DNA of 64,000 nucleotides from Raillietiella orientalis (Eukaryota): contig JAYWIR010000005.1 in assembly GCA_036172245.1 (NCBI GenBank), positions 5,518,001 through 5,582,000 on the forward strand. Reading direction: 5' to 3'. The stretch's first letter is position 1, and each line of letters begins with the position of its first letter. Position numbers and translations under genes: made by a program. The notes beneath the pieces are model-generated. The model had not been told where the DNA came from, did no database searches, and saw nothing but the letters and a program-made list of their open reading frames with translations. Positions 24,520 through 37,900 of this stretch are shown piece by piece.

Positions 24520-27500
24520 GGTGACTACAGCAGGGAGGGGAGCGAAACGCTACGAACAGGGTGGCGAAAGGGCAACGCGACCAAAACGCACGCACCAGCT
24601 GTGCTTGTTACGAGGCAAAGGTGGTTCAAGGCACCACTCTCGATCGATCGCACGCACGCACGCACACTTCCGACGCTACCACCACTGACCGACTGACGGC
24701 TGACGGGCGCTCCTCGACGGGCTCCTCAAATACGCGCGCTGACGTCCAATCCTCGCTTCCGCTCCTCCCTCCGTCCCCATCTCCCTCCCCCCAGGGTGAG
24801 CGAGAGCGCACGCGCGAAAGCGGAAAGCGACGGCCTTGAAATCGGTAACCGCCGCCGCTAACGCGCCCTGCCTACGCCGCCGCCTCCTGACAGGGAAAGG
24901 AAGGACGCGCGTACGCGCGCGCGGGTCCCCGTGGGAAGCAGCAGCAGGAGCAGCAGCAACCCCCCCCCTCCCCCCCCCCCCCACTCTCCCTCTATCTGCA
25001 GGGAGACGGACGCTGCCACCGCCTCCGTGCTGCCCCGCCTGCTTCGCGCGCCTGTTGCCGACTTGCGAGCGCGAGCGGTCCATGCGGGAGTGCGGGCGCG
25101 TGCGCGTTTCCCGCGCGCTCGGAGGCCTCCCTCCGCTGGAGAAGGAACGACGCCGCCAAGGCGCCTTGCTCAACGGCGGCGGCGTGCAAGTCGTGCGGGG
25201 GAGGCGGCGGCGGCAGCGCCACCCTTTCCTCCTGCTCTCTTTCCCCTCTCCCTCCCTCGCTCCCGTCTTCTCTGCCTCTCTCCAGGCTCGGTTGCAGGTG
25301 CGGTTGACAACCGTCGCCACTGCGAACAGACGACGACGGCAGGCGGCGTTTCCCGCACTTTTGCTGCTGCCGGCGTTCGACGAGGGGCTCGCAGGGAACG
25401 AACTGAGTAAAAGCGGGGATGATCACCGGCTGTAGCGAAGGGGCGTCCGGCACGCTCACGCGCCTCCTGCTATTGTGGCGACGAAAAGGAAGGAAGGAAC
25501 GACCGAGGAGGGCGCAGCTGGCGAGGGTCCGCGTCTCGAGGGCTGGAGTGGGCGGCTGCGCCTACCCTCTCCTCTCTTCCGGGCGCCGCCAGCTTGAGCC
25601 CCGCTTCGCTCGCTCCGCATCACGAGGTACGCGAAGAAGGCAGCAGCAAACAAAGCCTCCTCCCGCCTGTCCCGTTCCGGGCGGGCGGGCCTTCGGGGAA
25701 ACGGGAAGGGGCGCATCCCCTCCGCGGGGAAAAGGAGGAGAGGCAGGAGAAGCAGTGGAGGAAGAGTCGAGGCCAGTAGGAGGAGGGGGAGGGGATGCAT
25801 AGGAAAGGAGGAGAAGGATGCAGGGGAGGGGGCGACGACCACCGACGCTGCCTCGTCCGCCGACGGACGACGTGAGCAGAGGAAGAGGAAGGCGAAAGTG
25901 CGCGCCAGTATGGAGGCAGAGCAGGGTGGAGGAGTCACCGATATGGCTGAGCCCGCGAGTCTCCAGCGTGGGGGGGGGGGAAGGTGCGCGGCGGCGACTC
26001 GACTCCCCACCCCACCCCCTCGCCGCCATCGGCCGTCCGTTCCCTTCTTCCCCCGCCTTCCTTCCTCTTTCTTCTCTTCCGCTTGCTTTTCGAGCAGCCC
26101 GAACGAGGGGTTGCCGGAGAGCCGTCGCGGCGGACGCGCCCAGCTCCCTACTGCGGCTTCCGTTCCGCTCGGTGTGGCTGGCGGCGCGCGAGGCCCGTTC
26201 CACACCGATCGCTGGCGGGCGGCTGTGACCTTCACCGCGTCGTCGTCGTGCACCCTCTGCGATCGGGCCGACCGCCGTTTTTCCGCTCGACGGATGCTGG
26301 GCCCCGAGCGCTCTCCTGGCAACGGGCCCGTGAACAGCAACGGCTTGCCCGGACGGCTCCCCCGTGCATCTTGCTGCCCGCATGCGCGCGTGCACTTGCG
26401 GCGCGCGCATGTCCCGCCTTGCTCGGAAAGAAGAACGAAAAGGAAGGAAGGAGCAGGGTGGAAGTTGCGTGCCCTCCTATCTTGTTTTCGCCGGTACGCT
26501 TCGGAGGAGGGAGGGGTTCGCAGGCTGCGAGCGGGTGGTTCGGGAGTCGCAGGCAAGCGGGAGCGAACCGATCTTCGAGCCACGAGGCGTATCCCTCGGG
26601 GACCCTCGGCGTCCGGGGAGCTGGAAAGGCAGCAGCAGCGGCGACTGCTCGGCTTGGGCAGGGCACCGAGGAGGACGAAGGGAAGGCGGCGGCGCCTCTC
26701 TCGGGGAAGACGCCCGGGCGTCGTCTCCCGCGACTTCGACCCGGGGAACGTGCGACGACGTCGTCAGCTCTCGTGGAGCCAGGGCGTCCTGCGAGGAGGT
26801 GAGGCAAGCAGCCGCTCGGACCGCCTCTCGGGGACGGGTGGGGAGAGGGTCGCAAACGCCGGCGTCCCTTGACCGTAGACCTGAAGAGTGCCCTCGCCGT
26901 GGAAAGCACCCCAGCCGCGTCCGAGGAGACGTCTGCTTCCCGAGAATAGGCGGGAAGCGCGACGCGGTCTCTCGGGTCGGGTGGCTTCTCATCGGGCTGA
27001 CTGGAGGCGTGGTGGCAGCGGGATCGCCGTCAGGGCGGCGAAAGGCGACGGGAATCAATCGGTCGCTCCGTTGGCTTTTGGCGTCCGGGAGGCGCCGGCT
27101 GAGGGAAATCCCGTCAGTCGCGCGGCCTGCCAGCGGATACCGCCGGATTTTCTTCCCGGTGGACGGACCGCTCCTGCAAACGTCCGCACGCACACGGAGA
27201 TTCGGGCTGCGAACCCCGAGAGCGGGTGCTGAGCAAGGAGTGAGTGGAGGGCGTGCCCGTGGTGACCGCAAAGACAGGTGTCTTTGCGGTCACGGAAAAC
27301 GGGGAGCGAGCGCAAGCGAGCGCTCGCTCCCCGTTTTCGGGAGCGCGGAAGACTCGTGCTTGCGATCCGGTACGGGAAACGTGTCTGTGCGCAGGCAGCG
27401 ACCTGAAGACGGAAAGGGCGCCACGGTGCCGCTTGGCGTTCCAGGCGCGGAGACGCACTTCCCCCGCGGAATGATCCCGGACACGCTGCCCGTGCGCGCG

Positions 27501-28925
27501 GTTGCCCCTTTCGCTGTTTGTTGGTTTTCCTCTGCCCCGAGATCGGATGGAGCCGTGCCTCGCCCTCCCTATATTCCGGACTGCTCGGGGGACCCGTCGG
27601 GGCTGTGCAAATCACGGGGTGAGGACGTGTGGTGGCACGGTTTGTCGACTGCAGCGGTCTAGGTTACGGCCGAAGAAAACGCTCGCCTGTCGCGCGCGTA
27701 GGCCACGGGCAGCGTCGGGCCGCGGTCACGGGAAGAGGCTTTTTCGTTTCCTGTACCCTAGGGTGGCCTGCTTCGCCCGTGCCGGCGGCAGCGGGACGCT
27801 GGTGTCGATCGATCCGATCAAGACCGCCTCTCGAGCTCCCTCCCCTCGCTCCCTCCCTTGCGTTGCTGCGGTCCCTCCCAGCAGTCGCCTCCTCCCTCGA
27901 CCCACAGAAGACGCGTAAAGCGCGCCGTGAACCGTGGCGCGGCCACCTGTGAACCTCGTCCGTGCTGGCCTCCGATCGCAAACAAAAACGGTCCTTTGCT
28001 CAAACGGTCGAAGACGCCCTTCCCCGCAAGGGGCACGGCGTACGGGGCACCCGCCGGAGCGGAATCCTACCTCAGCTCCTCCTGCGTGCTGGCCAGGCGT
28101 CTTTCTCGTCTACCCGCGCACCCCCGCTGTGCGCGTGCGTGCGTCCCAGGTCTGCGAGCGCGCCTGCTCCGTGCGCGCATCTTCCGTCATCTGCTGTCTC
28201 CTGCGAGATTGCAGGCAGCAGAAAACGATGCGTGGTCGGAACGTGGGTTCAAGTGGCGTGTGCTGCCACCCCAAGTGTCCTTCCGCGAGGACTATAGCTC
28301 TGGGGCGAGCCGCTCGGTATTCATGGCGAAGACCTGGAGTTGCTGCCGGTGCTCAAGAACAGGAGCTACCCCTCCCTGTGCAGCGGCAGCAGTCGGCACT
28401 TGCGTCGCCGTTGCACTGGAATGTTCCCTGCCACCGCTGGACGCCAAGGGGCGGCGATCCGGCATCCGGCACTGTCGCAAGAATCCCTCCGGCACCTGCT
28501 AGCGGACTGTGTTGCTCTCCGGCCGCTGCGAGGACGTTTGCGAACGACCCTGCGTCTCCTTCGAGGAGGGACGCTTCACGGCTGCTCTTTGTGCGGGGCG
28601 TCCTCCAGCAGTGCTCCGCGGCATCGGCGAGATTGCGGCGGCCTGGAGCGAAGTCTGTAGAGGAAGGAACGAGAGGGACGCCGTCCGGTTCGCAGTTCGC
28701 AATCTGCGGGTAGCGGACGGATGGCATCGCCTGGCATCTATTCGGACGGACGTAGCCGGCGTGTAGTTAAGGAAGCAGATTCCTCTCCCGTTCTCCCCAC
28801 GTACTTCCCATTTCTTTTTGTTTATTTTCCTTTGCGTTTGTCCCCCTTCTCTTCTGCATCCGAGGTGAACGTACCCGGTCTGCGTACCCGGGGCCCAGCA
28901 GGTCCACTGCAGAATCGCTCTTGTC

Positions 28926-28991
<66 letters not shown>

Positions 28992-31900
28992 CGGGTGGGT
29001 GGGTGGAGCTGCGCCCTCCTACCCCACACAACCAGAGCCGAAAGTTCGCTATACGTGCCGGTGAGACCGGGTGGTAACTTCCCGCGCGCACGGGATGCGG
29101 AACGCGTGACCGTGCGCGTGTGGGAAGGAGGGCGATGCAGAGATGACTTTCAGGCATTCGGTCCTCTCCCGAAAGGACGGATGGGATGCCGTGCCAAACT
29201 TTGTCTTCCGACCCTTCGGGACTGCGTCGGAGGCCAACTTGTAGGCGATCCCGTTTGCCTGCGCCTGCCCGATGGCCGGCAGCTTCCCCGGGTGCGAACA
29301 TCGCAGCAGTCGAGTCCACGGTTTGCAGAGGGCCCGCTGGAAGGCGCAGCGAGAAAGCGCGCGGTGAAGCCGAGTTTCGAGGTGGCCGTGCGCGCTTCTT
29401 TGAGAGGTATGCCGGACGTACCTCGCAACGGGCGAAGAGCACGCGCTGGGGAAACACCGAAGGCGCGTTGAAGGGGACGGCTGCGCTCGGGGCGGAAGGC
29501 GCGACGTGGTGCGAAAGGGCGAACGCGGACCCCGACGGCGGCGCCGCCACGCTGTCGCAGCTGCCACGCGGGTGCATCTTCGCACCCGGCGGTGTGCGAC
29601 GCGCGCCGGGAATCATCCACTCGTGAGGATGACGCTCGCGACAGGGGCGGGAGAAGGTGGGAAGAGTCTCGAGGAAGCGGAAACTTCCAGGTGGAGGACT
29701 GGTTTCGCATCGGAACGCGAGTGCCGGTAAGGGACAGGTGTGTGTGTTTGGGGGGAGGGGGGGGGGGGGGAGGGACCAGCTGTCGGTTGCAGGGACTCGT
29801 TTCGCAAACAGGACCACGGGTCGATACCGGGGTCGCAGGGCTGCCGTTCGAGGAAGCCTGCGTGCCGTGCTGCTGCTTCTGCAGGAAGACCCCAAACGCT
29901 CGTCTCCTGCTCTTTGCTGGTTGCGGCCGAATCGCATGTTGGAAGCGCGCACGGGGGGAACTGCCGTGATGGGGTGCGGTCACTCGGACGCCGGGAGGGC
30001 TGGAGAGACTCGCAGAGCCATGGTGGTGCTGCCGCTCGTTGCGCACGACGCAAGCGCTTGGTGCGTTGTCGAGCGACCGAGCAGCTGCTCGTCTTGCCGT
30101 CGGAAGTACGTTCGCTGCTTGCGAGTCCTGGAATGGTGTGGGATCCACAGGCGGAAGCCAGGCGGAAGGCGAGTGGCTGCTGCTGCTGGCACGAAGGCAG
30201 GAAGATCTCCGTTCGGTCGACGTGGTGTGTGGCGTGTCGGTTTGGCCGATTGCGCCGTGGCGGTGCGCCGCCGCGCGCTCCTTTTGCTGAAGAAACGTGA
30301 ACCGAGGACTCGCGGAAGGGTTTGGTGGGCGCGTGATGCTTCCTTGCCACGTCCTTTCGTTTCCACATGCTCGTGATGACCGATGGGCGTAGGAAGATGA
30401 GAGGAGGAGGAGGAGGAGGAGGAGGAGGAATCGAAGCCCCCGGCGGCCGTGTTTCGCCGTTCGAAGGAGAGAAGGAGAAAAATTCTTGGCTCCCGCCCGA
30501 TGTGCACTCGTTCCCGCCGACGAAGCCATCGGGGGCACTTCCGCGTGCGAACGGCTTTCTCTTTTGCGGCAGACATTGCGTCGCTCGGCTGCGGAGGGCG
30601 AAATTCGTGCTCTGCCAGTTTTCGGGAAGAGCGCCGTGGGTTGCGGTGCCTTGGGGTCGTTTCGGTAAAGGTTTCGGTGTCCCCGTTCCCCGCGCGCGTC
30701 GCGGGAAGTGGGACGAACGCTTACGTGCCTGAGCGTGACCGACAGGGACGCTTCGCCAAAGTGCTGCTCTTCCCGGTAAAGGAGAAGAAGGTTCTCGCGG
30801 TAGACGAAGGGGTGTCGGAAAAATGGGGTCCGCGTGCTCGCGGCTCTCAACTGAGAGAATGAGCGAAAGGGAAGCGGATGGGAGGGGGCGGCGTGGCACA
30901 CGATCGTTCCCTACTTGGAAAAGGGGTTGGCACTTTCGGCAGCGAAATGCACCGGAAGGTCAGCGGAAAGTGCTGCGCTCCCCGCGGTGTGCCTGGAAGG
31001 GAAGTTGCTGGCTGGTCACTTTGGGCAGTGCAAGCTGTCTGGCTGTCTGGATAGCGAGGAGCGGAGGATCGGAAGAGGGGCGCGTTGCAAGAGGTGCAGC
31101 TTCGGCTGCAGCTTCCCGAAGAGAACGTGGATGCGCACGCTCGGTCGGGGTTGAGGAATTCTGCGGAGGAGGGCGTTTTCCGAGTTGCGAACGACCGAGG
31201 AAGCTGCGGAAAGTGGATGGAATGCGTCTTGACGTTGGCCAGTGAACGGACGGAATGCGGCCGCAGGCTAAGCCAAGTGACCTGCAGCTCCAGAGCGGCG
31301 TGACAGGCGAACGGTTGCAGGAAGCAGCGGGAACGCTGGTTTCCGCGTCCTTCCGCAAACACCGTCCGGGCCGTCGGTGCCCCTTCTTTGTTTCCGGTCC
31401 ACCGCCCCGACGGGTGTCAGTCAGGTCGAGGGTCGACGCCTTGCTTTCCTGCAACCTTTCCTTCTTGGCGGGGTGGTCGAAAAGGAAAGCGCAGCGGCGA
31501 TTCGCTTCGTAGCTGACGGTCCGAGTCGACATTTCGATCGGACCGTCCGTCCGTCCGTCCGTCCGCCCGCCCGCAAAATATCGGCCTTCCGTCTGAGCCG
31601 CAGCGCGGAGGTTTCCCGCTTGCCGTACCGCGCACGGCTTGCCGCTGCGGGCGCATTCTGGTGCGCGGGAAGTGGGGAACGCGCTGCGTGGAAAGGCGGT
31701 GCACGAACCGAACGAAAGACGTCGGGCGCGAAGAGGGAATGCAGCCCATGCGGTTGCAACGAGCCTGCTGCGGTAGCTCGCCGGTGCTTGTCGCGCGTAG
31801 TTCCCGGAAAACGAGGATGCGTCAACCTTGGGCGGCGCCATCCTTGATCGCGTGCTCCCGATGAAGATGGAGGAGGCTCGGCCGGCCAAAGTTTGTCGTT

Positions 31901-34900
31901 TGCGAGCACCGGGTGGAGCTTGAGGCGAAGACGCAAGTCGGGCAGGATTGCGCAAAAGAGCAGCGTTGCGATGCGCAGCGTTCCCGTATGCGTGCCCGCC
32001 CGCGAGCAGCGCGCGTGCGCATCGTTCGTGACGAAAATGATTGCCTTCTTGCATCATGGAAGAATGCGATGACTGGGAAGTCACGTGAATCGGGCGCGTA
32101 GGGCTCTGCTGGGGGGGGAGGAGGGGGAAAGGCGGTTTCGCTGGATTTTCCGTGCGTGCGTACGGTTGCGCACCCGCTGCCGTGTTGCGTGTTTGCGCTT
32201 CCATGCTACTCTCACTAGTTTCGCGAGAACGATTGCATCTGGATCGTCTGCACGCATACAGGATGCCGACCGCCATGGAATGAATAGCAACGATGCCGCG
32301 AATCCAAAGCGTTTCGCTTCCCGCATGGATGCAGATAAGGAGCAATAGGAAAGGATGCTGCTCTCGTTTTGATGTGCGGACAGATAGGCACGTCTCCCAT
32401 TTTCCCTTCGGCACTCAACACCGAAGCCGCTGCGAATCCGATTCTGCGATGAGGGCCTCGTTTGCAGAAAAAGGAACGGTGGTGGTCGTCGGTTGGATGC
32501 AGAGCCCACGGCGTCGGACACCTCACACGATCTCGCTGCAGGCATTTCGCCATCGGAAAAGCATCACCTCGCGGCCGGTTATCTGATCGGAGAAAGAGCA
32601 AGCGGCTGCCTGCTCCTGGGAGCGCTGGGCGCACCCGAACGCCGACGAAGAAGAGTTTCTGGCCGTGGATGTTCGAATCGGAGGTAGCTGGTTGCGACGG
32701 TTTTCTTTTGCGGAAATCGATTCGGTCGTCTTTTGCCACCGTGCAGCTGCTCGCACCGACGTCTTCGCAGAGGCGGGCTTCTTTTCCTCGACTCTCACCG
32801 GAGAGGAAGGAGAGGAGGATGGAATTGGTGGATAAGGGGAAGCGCTCGCAGGGTGCCAGCGAGGAATCCGCCGGCGTTCGCAACGAGAGTGAAGATGAAC
32901 GGGCAACGTAAGAGCGTTTGTTTCGAGGTTGCGGTGGGAGGATTTCCGAGTGCGCCGCGCAACCGTCAAGATGGACGCGATGCTAAGCTGTGGTTGGGCA
33001 TGGTGCAAGTTGAGGAGGAGGAGAGAGGGAGATTCCGGAGGATGGGAGAAATGCCAAATGAAGAAGGGTGCAAAGTTCGCGAACCGTGCGGAATTCCCGC
33101 TTCCTCTCGGGGAAGCTGGCGATTGATCATCGCGATTTCCTTTGGGTGCTCACGTCCTCTTGGAAACGGTATGGGGAAAGCAAGAAGTTGGCCGCGAGAC
33201 TGTCTGTTTGAGGCTGGAGGGAGGCTTTGCCTGTTGTGCGCAGCCACCGGAATCCGAGTTGTGCCACCAGCGGATGTGCGGTTGCTGCCAGACGGTCACA
33301 AGAAAGGCGGAAAGGGGCATCCAAGGGTTGCAACGTCGGTGTCGAAGAGGGCTGCGAAAGTGCCTCCTGGACGGGGTGGTTGGTCGGCGGATGGCGATGG
33401 AATCGGAAAGGGAGATTTTGCAAGAAAAGCAAATGGGGAAAGCGAAGATCACGGAGGATTGGCTTCGAGTTGGAACGGGAATGACTAAGCGAGCATCTGT
33501 TCGCAGGGGCGGCTTGGTAGAACGCAACCCAAAGCGAAGCGTGGCCAAAGATCAGGGTCGGAGCGCACCTTGCGATAAGACGAGAAAAGGGGCGGGAGCT
33601 GAGGTCGATCAAGGTGCTTTGCACGAATTCGAGAAGGAGGCCGAAAGGATGCACGAGTGGCGGCGAAAATCGGTGAAAGGGGGTGTTTGACGCGCGGAAT
33701 GTTCTTCGAGTGCCCTGAAGCCTTCCCAAGGATCATCCCTTTTGGGGATGGACGCGAAAGCCATCCATCCTCCTTGCTTTCGGAGAACGGATCGAGATTT
33801 CGAGTTTCCGCAGCTTTTTCCCGCTCCCTAGGACATCGGTCGAGAGCGGTGATTGCAAGGATCGTCGTTTTCAGAAAGACTGCAGGGAACTGATGGGATT
33901 CGTTCAGCATCGGCTAGGGACACAGGACGCGCAGTGGCTGGCAGGCAGTCGAGGTGGTCACCGGACGGCTGGCGCCCGTGCAGTAGGACGGGGGAGTCGT
34001 GTGTTTTGTGCAAGCAGCCTCGCTGCGAGCTCTGTGAGCGAAAGCAGACGCAAGCATCGAGGTGCTGGTCGAGGTGGTTGGGAAAAGTCGCGGGAATGGT
34101 AGTGCGGGAGTGCGCGTGAACCCGTTGCGGCAGCTGGAGAGTTCGGCGTGTTCTGTCGGTCGAGCCACGCTCGCACTGAGGGAATCGACAAGCCGAGATC
34201 GGAAGTTTGTGGTTTGGGAAGTTGGAGCGGCGCTTGCGGGTCGGTTCGCTTCGCCGCTCCCGTCGTGGGCACGGGAATCGGAGACGATGCCTTGCGTTGG
34301 CGCTGTACCTCGGATGGGAGTTGGCCGGGTATGCATGGCTTGACGAAGGAAGGAAAGGAAGGGGGTTGGCGAATAGGGGACCAACTTTCGAATGGCCGCG
34401 TGTATGTGTGCACCATTCAACCGTTGGAAAGGCGGAGGAAGTTTTCGCTGGTTGGAAAGAATTGGATTGCTTGAAGACTTGGGGGCTGTGCTGACACTGA
34501 CAAAGATGTGTTTCTTCCGCTTGCGCGCTTCGACCGCATTTCGCGCTCGGAACCGAGAAATAGGACGGATGTTCGAGAGCCCCTCAGGCCATGTTGGGGA
34601 TAGGTTCTCACGCGTTCGCCAGTGGGGAGGAAGCGCTGTGTTTCCACGAACCGGATGCGGATCGAAGCGAATGTCGTCTCGCCCTGGTTTGGATGCGCGT
34701 CTTGCGGGAAGTGGTTTCTTTCGTGGGTGCGTATCTCCGTGATCCCTGCAAGTACGTCGTTCCTCCGGACGCGTGCAAGCGTAAACGCGCGCGTGTGTAT
34801 GAGAGTACGCACGCTGTACGCGTTCGTTCGTGACGCCATGCCAGGCTCGTGTCTTCCAGAAGGCGGACCGGGGAAGCGTGCTGGAAGGAGGCGGAAAGGC

Positions 34901-37900
34901 TGTGGTGACCGTTTGCCTACTGAGGTCGTTGGATGCGGAAGACAGGCAGAGGACGGGATGGAAAGGGAATGGCATGCACGTGCACGAACGAATTGGGTCG
35001 CTGAGGAAAAGGCGTCGTGGATTTGGGAACGAAGTCGCCAAGTTTCGTGGCAATTTTCGAGTACTGCACGGCAGGAGCAGACTTTGCTTGCAGGAGGATC
35101 GAAAAGAAGGGACGCGCGTCTTGCAGTTGAGATTGGGAACGGGGAGCGAGGAGGACGCTGCACTGGGAACGTGGCCTGCATGAGCTGCATTGCTGCTCGG
35201 GCGGAGAAGAGTTTGGACAAATGTGGAAGTGGTGCATGTAAAATTAGGATTTAGGTGGATTGTTTTCTCTGGAAAGTGCATTTGGTTTTTTTTTGTTTTT
35301 GTAATTTGTAATTTGTAATTTGTTTTTGTTTTTGTTTGCTTGGAGGTTTACCTGATTCCAGGGTGCGGAAGCATTTGCGCCGCATTTCCGAGTTTCGTGG
35401 CTGCAGAAGCTGCCGGCCGTCATCCCATGTGTCGTGGCCATGGTTTCGGATCGAGCAGTTGGATTCCATCGGCGGAAGCAGTTCCGGTGCGTTTCGGGAC
35501 TGCCCCATCCGGCTAGTGATGCCCAGATGCGAGCTCCCCTCGTCTTGTGCTGATGCCTGTGGCAGAGAATCGTCGGAATTTGTGTTCTCGCGTGGAAAGC
35601 CGGGCGATGGGAACGTTTCCCGCCGGTGTGGTTTTCCGCAACACAAGGTCGTGGCTGCGTGTTGCGTGTTTCTCGGGACTCGATCCGGACCGGTTGATCT
35701 TGAATTTGTATGGTGAAACGGTTTGGGAAAATATCCGGAGAAGCAGGTGGAACGAGTGCGGCATGGCATTGGATGTGGAAATGGAGAATTCGACGGGCTG
35801 GAGAGGAAGGGGAGAACCGAACGCAAGGCCATGTCGAAGGAGAGCGGTTGGCTAGTAGATCGAATGGGTGGAATAGCAGCCGCCCCAAATGACTTGCGCA
35901 TGAATGAGTACGTGGACGTGTGCGTGGAGACGATTCGTGTGGTTTGTTTGCGGAAGAAATGACGTCCGAAAATGGGGGATGGATGAGTGCGAGGAAGAAA
36001 TTTGGACGACACGGCTGACGAAGACGTGGAAGTCTTGAGCAAAGGGGTGCGTCCGCCTCCGTTGGGGTTGTGGTGAAAGCAAAGTGCCAAGTTTGCGCGA
36101 GGGTTGGCGGTGGTGATTGGACATGATAGGGTCAAGAGGGTGCGAATGGCGGGGGCGGGAAGGATTTGTGGACTGTCGCGATTCAAGTACGGACGGTTCT
36201 TAGCAAACGGAGGCGGATTGGGGACGATCCAGCAAAAGGATCCGTGCAGCGTGAGAGTGTTCCCCATGGACGCGAACAGGCTTCTGAGAGAGGAAAGCAT
36301 GAGAATGGTGCCGTGGAAGGCCGTTCGTTTTTTATTTTCCGGAACGTATTCGCTGCTGCTTCGGGTGGTTCGATCGTATCCACAAATCGTAAAGTGTTGC
36401 CTCCATCGACTGCGGCTAGGAAGGTAGGAGCGAAGGGCGGCGGATTTGTACAGGAAGGACCTACGAACTGCAAAAGAACGGTGTCCTTTTGTGGGAAAGT
36501 GCCTGCTTGGTTTGCGACGAGGCACGACGAAGCAGGGAAAACGCGCTTTGTCGTGTTTTGCATGGGAGTCAGCTGGAACAGTGGTCAAGGAAGAATGCAC
36601 CGATGAAATGAAAGTGCACTTTGTTGCGGGGGAGGTGCCTTCGTTGGTCGTCGTGTTTCCTGAAATGACACTTGCGGAAAAGAGTTCGTCAAAGGGCGAA
36701 ACTGAAAAGCCGTCTGAAGGTTCGTTGCGCAGTTGATGTGCGAGGCTTGAAGATTTCGTGCCGAAGGCTGAAGAGCGTTCGATAAGAGGGTTTGGAACCG
36801 ATTTGCGTTTGGCAAGGCGCGTGTGGCCTTTCGGAAAAGTTTGCTGCCCATGTCCCTGGAGCCTGTGGGTTTCGTGTGCCTTGGAGGCGCAATAACAGGC
36901 TTACCGTAGGGAGTACGGTGAGGTGTGGTTGTACGGAAAGTAGGTAGGGTTCCCCCGTTTCCGTGAAAGTACTTTCACTGAATGGAGTCGTGATCGGCTC
37001 ATGATGTAACGAAGATGGGAAACCGGGCAACGGAGTGATTTGCCTTGATTTCAGCTGCCTGCAGAGTCGTTCCAAGCGAACCGGGATGCTGCGACGTTTC
37101 CCTCCAGCCGAGAAGGGTACTGTTTTCCTGAAATTTGTATTCAGTTCGTGTGCTGAAAGGCGAATGGTGAATCTTCAAAGTATGGACACTTGAAAATTGC
37201 AGCTTGGTGCTACATTGCTGATACACCACTGAAAGTCGTCCGCTTTTGATGGTTTTGCGAATAGAAAGAGCCACATGGGAAGGGAATTTTTCTGTTATGC
37301 TTGCACTGAGTGTGCTGTGAATATTGTTTGTTCTTTTCTCCCGTGACTTTCTGGAAAAGAATGGGCCAATCGGCTAGATTGCATGTAATAAGTTGCGTTT
37401 AGGAAGCATTCTCCGAATTGTAATTAGGTGTGCTTCCATGTCTTTGGTTAGATGGGATCACGGGAATGGGATTTTCGTTTTCAGGGATGACTTGCAAATG
37501 GTGAGATCGTTCGAATTCATTGAAGTTGCTGTACACACCGAAAAACACGAATTGAAAGGGGGAAAAAAAAGGAAAAGAACAGAGGTGGAATCCGAGGTTG
37601 GTTGTTCTTTCTCAGCAAACCAACATCATTGCTCTGATGTGGACGTGTGGAACAGAGTGAGGAAGGGACTGCTGAGCTGCAAATGTTCTCTGTGGTTGCT
37701 GCATTGCTTTCTTTCCGTGAAGTGATGTGGGGATGGTAAAAAGTGGGACAAAGGTAGAATGGAAAGGGAGGGTGAATTCCTTAGTGTTTTTATAGGGGTA
37801 CTGAAGAAGAAAATGAATATTCAGCAAGCCACCCGGTCGACAGGAACTTAAGTTTAGCTTGTGTCGATGTGGAGCCTTTCTTCCCTCTGGTGAAATTCTC

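Larger units (their letters stand above)
22731..37159. repeat. Right arm of a giant inverted repeat (14,429 bp)
   Basis: Mirror of 3567-17958. The net +37 bp is accounted for by (CA)n/AT +42, poly-C +2 and -1, (CTC)n -3 and (CTG)n -3. Confidence 0.98.

Noticed and set aside
8000..33000. GC-rich block as bacterial contamination or horizontal transfer
   Set aside because: The only gene has GT-AG introns, a poly(A) signal and arthropod-type GST motifs, and there is no operon-like coding density.
3540..37190. Palindrome as a giant transposon with 14-kb terminal inverted repeats
   Set aside because: No target-site duplication at the outer ends (TATGGA at 3548 and 37181 is offset from the junction) and no intact transposase in the spacer. 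The junctions show microhomology instead.
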